A stretch of 20,000 nt of DNA from Trichinella spiralis (taxonomy: Eukaryota). The notes beneath the pieces are model-generated. The model worked only from the letters and a program-made list of their open reading frames with translations, was not told where the DNA came from and did no database searches. The stretch lies in the NCBI RefSeq assembly GCF_000181795.1, contig NW_003526943.1, forward strand, positions 6,271,857 through 6,291,856. Reading direction: 5' to 3'. Below are positions 12,146 to 20,000 of this stretch, piece after piece. The position numbers were made by a program, and so were the translations under genes. How positions within the stretch are numbered: position 1 is the stretch's first letter; each line of letters opens with the position of its first letter.

Positions 12146-12225
12146 TAGTAGTTACAAATGCTGCAACATACTACCTATCCGCTGGCCTTACTATACCTCA
12201 TAACGAAAGGCCGCGTTGAAAACGC
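12146..12225 (-). other. Candidate structured RNA element (three adjacent hairpins)
   Basis: Minus strand: GCGUU-UUC-AACGC; GGCCUU-UC-GUUAUG-AGG-UAUAGU-AAGGCC; UAGUA-U-GUUGCAG-CAU-UUGUAAC-UACUA. The inner G-U pairs form only on the minus strand. Confidence 0.3.
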
Positions 12226-12510
12226 TTTAACCTTTATCACGCAATTTTATTTCCTCCTACTGTATTAGTTATTTACTTGAAATTTCTTTTCTTTTGTTAC
12301 AGTCAGTATGTAATGCTGTTACAGTTGTTAAAATGGCTTTATATTTTATTCATTTTGCTTTTATGCATTTCATTTTTATTTCAGGAAAAAGCAAAAACAA
12401 AAAAAAACAACAAATAAAGAGATCATGAGAATATGTTCGCTATTTTCCACTTTTGTTTGGAATAATTTTACAACAGAAAATAAAATAGCTTTTGAATATA
12501 AAAGCAATTT

Positions 12511-15500
12511 TTACGCTTTTATTTTCCAGTTGAAATCTTCAAGTTTCCAAAATTGAGAAGAATGACGTGAATTGCACTTTTCAAGCGTTGGTAAATGAAC
12601 AACAGATACCTCAACGAAATTTACCGGAGCATTCAAGCATAAACTGCTTTGACGATGAATTAGCAGGGATTTCTAAAAAATAAAAAATTTCTGTTCGAAA
12701 CTGTAATATCATGATTATAAAAATTTTAGTTACTGATTTTGAATAAATCCATTTTTCACTGTCTGATTCACTGCATTCTTTTAACTGCACAATCCAATGA
12801 CCGTTAATAACTTCGGTCGCTCCAAGACATTGGTGCTCATCACTTTTCAAATACCCATTCTCATAAAGATTCCACATCTAAGTAAGTAATCGAATTTAAA
12901 TAAGTGGACTGAAATTCATTTTTGATCTTTTTTCTTAATAATTGCTTACTGTACTATTATCTGATAAATTATGATTGAAGGAAATTTTAATTTTTGAAAT
13001 GTACAACATTTTGAGCTAACAAAAACACTATGTTTCAAGCGAATATGATAAAAAAATAAAAATCATTTTCCTTAATAAATTTTAACGCCTTCCCCTCTGT
13101 ATGGTTGTTTGATTCTATAAACCCACCTGCCACATATCGAACCCAACTGTACAGACTTCTACATCAAGGGAATTCTTCCGTTTAGCTACGCTCTTCAATT
13201 TATTAACCAAACAGTAACCATTAGCTTGATTTTTTATCTAGACAGAAATTGATTTAATATAAATAAAATATAAAGTACCTGCAGCATATTTGTATATGTT
13301 GTGCACCGCTCAGCTGATACACGTTTTTCATTTTTCTTATTTAATGCAGCATGAACATATACAAGCTGTAGGCAAGTGTTTGACGGAACACTACGAATCT
13401 AAACGCCACAATTTTACGTACAAATTAAAATATACACGCTAAAAGTATTTAAATAAATAAGCATATATATTATCTTATTAATTTATTGTTTTTAATAATT
13501 ATGCTGGGTAAATAGCATGAAAATGAATAAAATACAATCTTTTAATTTGAACTATTTGATGAATTGATTGAAACTGCTTTTTTGCTAAAATGGTAAATAA
13601 GTAAAGACTATACTTTTTGATACAATTTAGGATTTTATGCATAATTTTGCTTTCTAAATTCTTAAATTTTAAAAAAATTTTTACACTTTTTACGTAGCAT
13701 TACTTACTCTACCAAAGAATGCATTATCTTGCGGCATAAAATGATCTGGCCAAACATTATCTAGATACCATGCAAAACTTTTGCATTTCAATCTTTTTCT
13801 AAGTTCTTTTCGCTCGCTAACGTCAATAATTTCAGATATATTTTTAGCGGCTACAAATTATTATGAAATTTTTAATTTTAATAGCATTTTGAACTTGTGG
13901 AAAACTTACCGGAAGAAATAATGTAAAATAAACTTTTCCATTCATCCATCCACACTTCAGCTACTCTCACTAAATTTGTAGTTAATGTCCTGGCTGAATT
14001 ACCACGGGGAAAGTCATGGGGTGACTTTTTACGAAAAACATGTCCTACATGGCTGCACGGTATAATTTCTAATTGACCACCACATTGCCAAATCTTTAAA
14101 ATCAATATTAATTTTTTTATCAAAGTCTAAGAATGTACATATGAACATGTTTTACGTTAAAAGTTTAGAATTTTTTCATTAAATATAAAGTTGAAATTGA
14201 AAAACTAATAACTAAAAATTGCCTTACTCTGAAGGACATTTCTAAATTTTCACCACCCCATATTTTCATTTCTTTATCATAAGCTCCAATTTCAAAAAAA
14301 AACTGACGATCAATGGAAAAAAGTCCACCTGCTATTGTTGGAGTTCTAAAATTATAATTTTTGCATCAAAATGTAATCAAAGTTTTCATACCTCACTGGA
14401 TGAGTAACATCATTGCCTCTGCGTTTTAACTCAGATGGTGGAGATGAATACCATCGAAATTGTAAATTCCAATTAAAACCACCACGATAGACATCTATTC
14501 CTTTCTGATATTGAAATGTCTCATCATTAATTACGTCAATAACTGGGGCAACGGCAATTTTTCTATAAATATTTCTTTTCTTTAAACAATGCAAATATTT
14601 TATTAATGAAATAATTTAAAATAATTAAATACATAAATCAAATTGATATAAAATTTTATTTTTACCTATCAAAAGCAATTCTGTCTAATAAGGGTTCTAA
14701 CCACCCTTCAGTGCATTCGCAGTGAGAATCTAGAAAAGTCAGTACGTCTCCTGAAGCTTTTTCAGCACCAAGTATTCTGGCTTGAATTAATCCAATTCGC
14801 TCTTTAGAACGAACAATCAAAACAGGAACGGGAAGATTTAACACAAAATTATCCAATGCTTTCTTCAAAAATGCTGAAAATTATAATTCATTTCAAACTG
14901 TTTCATTTAAACTCTGATAAGTTTACCAACAACATCTTCACTTCAAATTAAATAAGCCTTTTTGCTTTAATTTTTGTAAATGGCAATGGTTTTATAATAT
15001 AATAGAGGCACTTTTGCATAATCACTATAGCTATAATTTTTGCAGAAAAACATATTTTTTTTCTATTTGCACCCATACCCCGTTAAGCGTTATTTCTAAC
15101 TGGTGTGTCACGCGACTTATTTTTGCTTACTCATCAGCTCATTCACTTGACTAATCTCATATGTTCAATCACTCAGTGAGTCGCTCACGATAATGCTGAT
15201 TTATAAATTCTGTTAAGTTAGATAAATTGTTAGGTTTTATATATTTTGTCGTGTATTTTTGGTATGTTCAGTATATTACGTCAGCAAGAGACTGTGCAAA
15301 TGATGACAGCTCAAAAATGCAAAGGAAAAGTACTTCTCTAAATATGAAATTACTATAAACACGTGCAATAACGAATCCATTGAACGCTGTTTTGACTAAC
15401 GCACTTGTTTAGGATCGCATCATGAGCGTTAAGCAGGAAATTGGTGTATTTGCAGAATATTAATTTACATTTTTATGTAACTTAAAATAAGCAGATTTTA

Positions 15501-16770
15501 CAGTCATGATTATTTTATTTAAAAAATGGAATCAACAGCCTAATAATGAATGCAAAAACATCTAACGCCGAAAAAATTTTTATTTACGTAAATATGATGG
15601 AGAAAATGATGCCTAAATTTTCAAAGAAAAGAAAGCGTTTTGTTCTATTCTAAATTCAGCCTATAAAACATCGTCATCATGATTAGATGAATGACTTGAT
15701 AATAATCAACCATTGGTCACATAATTTTGTAATTAGCTTTTGCTAAAAGAAGAAATATAAATGCAAATTGTAGCAAGATTGTGACATTGCACTTGCCACT
15801 AGAATATCTTTGCAGCTGCTTGTGGCTTTCTATATAAAACAGTTGAATTTAATTATAATTTATCTAAAATAACAGGACAGATTTCTGAAATTCACGCTAA
15901 AATATGCTCCTGCATATCATTAGATTTAAAAACTATTGAATAAGATGAATGTTAGATAATTTTTTATTTATAAGGAAGTAATGCTCTGAAAATCAAGCTA
16001 AAAATTACTTTCTTAAGATTCTAAGAATTTTCAAAGTTTTCTGCTGACTTATTTATAATTCATTTGTAAGAAAACAATGGAAGGAAAATAATTGCAAAAA
16101 AACTTATTAAAATACCTCTTTGACTACAATCATCAACAAGGATGATTTCTTTAAGCAGTTTTTTTGGTGATCGATTGATGACACTGAAAACAGTACGAAG
16201 TAAAGTTGACCATGCTTCATTGTGAAATACAATTATAACGCTTGTTGTTGGTAAAGCGGATGAGTAAGTTTTATTACGACAAGCTGCGCGTCTAGCGTCA
16301 ATAAGTGTTCGATTCAATGGAATTCGGTCGCTTGCTACAATATTGAACTGGTTGATTTGAAAAAGATGCTTTGCAAGTTTTGAATCATTATCATTCAAAT
16401 TAACTGAACGACCAAGTTCACCCATTTCAGATATTGGTGCAAATCGGTTTGCGTTCAACTCTTCTAAACAAAAAAGTCAAAGAGATTATTAATATTCAAA
16501 ATTTTTAAAAATGCAGTATAATAATTTACCTTCAGTGTAATTAATTTTTGATCTATCATCTGGTAAGGGTCCATTAAAATGACCAACAATGACTTGCATT
16601 TTAATCCCTTTCCTTTCTGTGTCTTCATTTTTCCACATGTCTGATTTTATGTCAAAAAGTCCACTATCAGTATATAACATGATATTGGTGATGCAAAACC
16701 ACAATAGAAGAAAAGAAAATATGATTATACATATTAGTCCAGTTCGCCTTCTCCATTTTCGACGCAGCAT
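12511..16770 (-). CDS. gly-6: Polypeptide N-acetylgalactosaminyltransferase (ppGalNAc-T, GT27), gly-6-like; complete, 10 coding exons per isoform, about 609 or 612 aa
   Basis: Exons 16770-16530, 16463-16116, 14873-14666, 14562-14392, 14345-14228, 14093-13910, 13850-13708, [13398-13279 or 13237-13127], 12877-12734, 12672-12511 (TAA). All junctions are GT-AG with matching phases. The product has a type II TM anchor after [29 protein letters not shown], the DSH (DxH) metal motif, [34 protein letters not shown], and a three-repeat ricin lectin. The stem [13 protein letters not shown]...[11 protein letters not shown] matches C. elegans GLY-6 as I recall it (VVVGHYNGNLPED...SEELNANLYAP). Confidence 0.95.
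13127..13237 (-). CDS. gly-6: gly-6 alternative exon 8b (lectin alpha repeat)
   Basis: ctgtctag/ATA...CAG/gtgggt, 111 nt, phase 0-0: [37 protein letters not shown]. Confidence 0.85.
13279..13398 (-). CDS. gly-6: gly-6 alternative exon 8a (lectin alpha repeat)
   Basis: gcgtttag/ATT...CAG/gtactt, 120 nt, phase 0-0, open frame: [40 protein letters not shown]. Confidence 0.8.
15069..15730 (+). mobile_element. Possible highly decayed pogo/Tigger-like element in gly-6 intron 2
   Basis: The start CACCCATACCCCGTT resembles Tigger TIRs (CAGGCATACCTCGTT) and is followed by a CACTCA/CTCAC-rich segment. Broken peptides [15 protein letters not shown]..., FKEK..LF and NHWSHNF fall in the order expected for a CENP-B-type HTH N-terminus. 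Very degraded; by-eye match only. Confidence 0.3.
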
Positions 16771-17929
16771 AATTTATATGTATATATTCTATATCAACTT
16801 CTCTTCAAGCTGTGATTTCTGCTTGAAAATCCTCTTCAGTGTTCATTTTTACAACTGTCTGTGCAGACAAAAATTGAGGCCTGTCCTCGACCTTTGGTTG
16901 AAAAAGTTAGACGGACGCTGCTTGTTCTGTCAAAAATATAGTAACAGTGAAACCTGTTTCCCCTACACTTCCTATTCTTCAAAAACTGGCCAATGACCTT
17001 TTGCAGATGCCGGTTGTCGCGTTTCATCAGTGCTCTGTTTCTGTTAAAGGTCACTTTTTGTATGAGCTATGTATAAAATATTTAAATATATTTTTGAATT
17101 TTGAAAAGCATAAAATATTAACCAAAAAACATTCTGAATTTTCAGTACAGTGCAATTATTTTTCAACTTTTGCCGGCAGGGTGAAATTTTCCCTGACTGC
17201 AGTGTTCACGTCTTGGTTTGAAATTTTCATTCCTTCATTCGTTCATTGATCGAAAGTTGTTTTACATTATGATTGGAGTTTATTGGCCTCCAAGAATCGG
17301 GATTCCATTAGTTGATAATTTCTAATATTTCATTTGCTGATAATTTCTAATTGTGAATGGCTGCAACATTTTACGTTTCATTGGTGAAAATATATTCATT
17401 GCAACTTTCATAATTTCTTAAGTGTAATTTTTTAGCATTTTCAAATTTTAATTGAAATTAATGATATTTTGCTAATAATGGTCTAAATTAGGCTAAATTT
17501 TTACCGTGCTTTCCTACTGGTCGTTGAAAGCGCTGTTTTATTAGACGTTTGTACCGTTGTCTAATTGGTTCTTTTCTTTAATGGTTGATTGGTTTAAAGT
17601 TTTTCATTGTGATTAGCTGTAACATTTTTCGTTTAATTGGTCCAAATATTTCCCTACAATTTTCATAACTTCAGTAATGAAACTTCTTTGGTTTTCAAAT
17701 TATTTAAGTTACCTTCAGCACAGTTCATGAAATATGTAAAGTATATGTAAAATATATAAAATATAATAAAATATAATAATTTACTTTGAGTGTTATACTT
17801 TTTAATAATATTTTCAAAAATAATTCCTTTTATTATTCTACATTTTATTGTATCACGAAAAAGTTATATCGAATAATTCATCAAAAACAGCAGAAAAATA
17901 AAAACTGCAATATTTATTTTTCATTATTT

Positions 17930-18131
17930 AACAACAACAATTATCACAGCAATAAGCGACACATATCAGTGAGCAAAGTAAAAACAATGAAAAATGACAA
18001 AGGAGACAATACATTACAAATATAATACAAAACCACTACTTGGAAGGCGGCATTAAATTAGTTCTGGATCTATATATGTATTATAGCTTCTAGAAACTGC
18101 TCCAAAGTGCACCTACTGCTGGTGTATCACA
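17930..18131 (-). mobile_element. Truncated MULE remnant: transposase C-terminus and 3' flank (second copy)
   Basis: Encodes YTSSRCTLEQFLEAIIHI/DPELI*, homologous to YTNGSHTLEQLLEALMYITPELI* at about 19393-19465. The two copies share TAATACAAAACCACT..TGGAAGGCGGCATTAAAT (18023-18058 vs 19366-19398) and AAACAATGAAAAATGA (17982-17997 vs 19337-19352). Confidence 0.8.
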
Positions 18132-19392
18132 AACACCAGAATGTAATTGGATACACTTTCCCACAGCAAAATCTTTTTCAGACTTCATGTTGAAAAATAA
18201 CTGACGATAGGCTGTGTCAATCAAACAAGAAAACTTACAACGCATTATTATAGCAGGAAGTAACAAGTGATACACAAAAAATGAGCTAGAGGCTTTAACA
18301 CTCAAAGTCATAGTAACTACACTGCTCATTAATCATTCATATACATATATATATAGCGCCAGTTACGAATAATTTACTCTATGCAAATATTTGGATGATT
18401 CAAAATTCAGAGTTCATGTAGAGTTCAGAGTAGATCCGTAGGCTCTATTTCAAAACTTTATTCTCTTAAATTCATCAGGAATTTATAGGTCTGGGGTAGC
18501 TCTGATTTCCTCAACGAACTCTGCCTACTTTCTCACAGTAAATTTCATTGCAATTAACTAATAGCACTGATGCATGCATCTAAATTTCATTCGTTGTCGC
18601 TCTTTATGCATTCTAATTATCAAATACTGGTTTCTTAGCATCTAATTTAGCACATTTGTCACGTCCAAGTTGGTGGATATTGCACCATTGCAGCATTACT
18701 TATTCTACACCAAAACAAACTAATCGTTAGTAACAAGTAGCATATGCAGTGCATTCAGCACATACTTCTCAACACGGAGAGTCAAAGACGATTAGAATTT
18801 CGATCGCGTTTTCCAATTAGTTCTTGGAAATCGTTTTCGCATTGGATGATAATGCCGTAGGTTCTCATTGCATAACTGTGGCGCTATGAGAATGGTTCTC
18901 TTGAACTTTTGATGGGCTCAAATTATTCCGTTTTGATTAGCTGCAATATTTATTTCATTGGTACAAATGTTTTGAATACGTAACAATTGATTACGTAACA
19001 TTTATTTGATATTTGTTTGATTTGATAGTATATTTGATGTCAGGTTTGTCAAATGCAGTTGTTTTTACATTCATGTATTTTAATGACAGCTTTTAGTAAT
19101 CAATGTAATACAATTAGTTATTAAAAAATTGAAACTTAAAATTAAGTTTTCTATTTCATTATAGTAACTAAATGAAGTTTAATGAAATGAAATAGCAGTA
19201 GGTCAAATACATCAAAATAATTTTTATTTTTCAACGCCAAACAACTATATTGACAGTAAATAAGAGAATGACATAGTAAATAATAGATGATAACAACAAT
19301 AAGTAAAATAAACAAGTGATCAATAATAGCAAATAGAAACAATGAAAAATGAGAAAAACAATCAATAATACAAAACCACTTGGAAGGCGGCA

Positions 19393-19946
19393 TTAAATCA
19401 GCTCCGGCGTTATGTACATTAATGCTTCAAGCAACTGCTCCAGGGTATGACTACCGTTGGTATATTCACAGGTATATTGTGCAACTCGTTGTTGCTTTTC
19501 AGCATAAACCTTGTTTACCCGTCTTAAGTCACCAACGGTAGCGTTTCCTGATAGCACTTGTTGAATCAGGGTGTCCATCACACCCTGTTCCGCTATCAGG
19601 AGCTGGAGTAGTTCATGTAACCCGTTATGACCTTTACCCGCTTTTCTGTTGAGCTGATTATGCCAACCTTCCAAGTGGTTATTTGTCCTAATATTTACAT
19701 TACGAACGTTCCAAAGCGGCAGTCTTTCATCGGTCATCCACTCCTGCCGAAAATATTGAAATAAAGCGGCTAATGTACCCGTAGTGCCTGCTTCAGGCAG
19801 GCTAACACCCGTATCAATTTGCGGTACAGGGAGGAAAGCGGTGGCCAGGAGCATTCTTATCTTTCTTTGTCTCTTCTTCAGTTCTATATCTTGTTTACAG
19901 TCCCAACTCACCGACTTTCCTATGTATGTACCGCCTGGCAGAAGTG
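19393..19946 (-). mobile_element. Mutator-like (MULE) transposase pseudogene, C-terminal half
   Basis: HFCQAVH (the CxxH region), then a 4-nt ACAT duplication, RKVGELGL*TRY, and a frameshift into KIRMLLATAFLP...FQYFRQEW...LWNV...RTNNHLEGWHNQLN. RTNNxxEGW carries the catalytic Glu of MULE DDE transposases. The 3' non-coding part probably extends left toward about 18356; the 5' part is absent or beyond the window. Confidence 0.88.
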
Positions 19947-20000
19947 GGATGCTTCTAAGCGGTCTAAATCCGAGGGGGTCCCACTTTTCAACGCGTTTCA

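Noticed and set aside
12184..12212. Hammerhead ribozyme-like arrangement (GGCCUU...CUCAUAA.GAAAGGCC)
   Set aside because: The core is CUCAUAA rather than CUGAUGA, and there is no room for stems I and II.
12180..12215. U12 snRNA or let-7 resemblance on the minus strand (GCCUU..UUAUGAG..UAAGG; UGAGGUAU)
   Set aside because: No Sm site or downstream U12 stems; the let-7 seed is mismatched and the hairpin is too short for a pre-miRNA.
12950..13015. Possible third alternative lectin exon (open 66-nt segment between ttag and gtaagc)
   Set aside because: The peptide [22 protein letters not shown] lacks both cysteines and the terminal Gln of the alpha repeat.
16589..17249. Plus-strand ORFs of 135 and 100 aa
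   Set aside because: They are antisense to gly-6 exon 1 and its upstream region, show no domain signal, and have AT-driven composition.
18090..18329. 79-aa ORF, and a plus-strand PKCTYC zinc-knuckle-like peptide
   Set aside because: The left part is an off-frame or antisense reading of the MULE remnant; the rest has no recognisable domain.

Overview
AT-rich eukaryotic genomic DNA with short GT-AG introns, most consistent with a nematode, probably Trichinella-like (inferred from gene similarity and transposon types). Left to right: (1) the 5' part of a minus-strand EPAC/RAPGEF4-type cAMP-GEF gene, with N-terminal CNB-A exons at 281-369 and 908-1050 and several candidate first exons up to about 5.4 kb; (2) a decayed piggyBac transposon at about 7.45-8.97 kb; (3) an intact single-ORF plus-strand gene (11222-11680) encoding only a Mutator/FAR1-like C-C-H-H zinc DNA-binding domain plus a helical tail, probably a domesticated transposase fragment; (4) a complete minus-strand polypeptide GalNAc-transferase gene (gly-6-like, 16770-12511), reconstructed exon by exon; (5) two related Mutator (MULE) transposase remnants at the right end. 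The best finding is a pair of duplicated, apparently mutually exclusive exons (13398-13279 and 13237-13127) encoding the alpha repeat of the gly-6 ricin lectin domain. Both are missing from the ORF track. All homology calls come from manual translation and recalled family motifs, not database searches.
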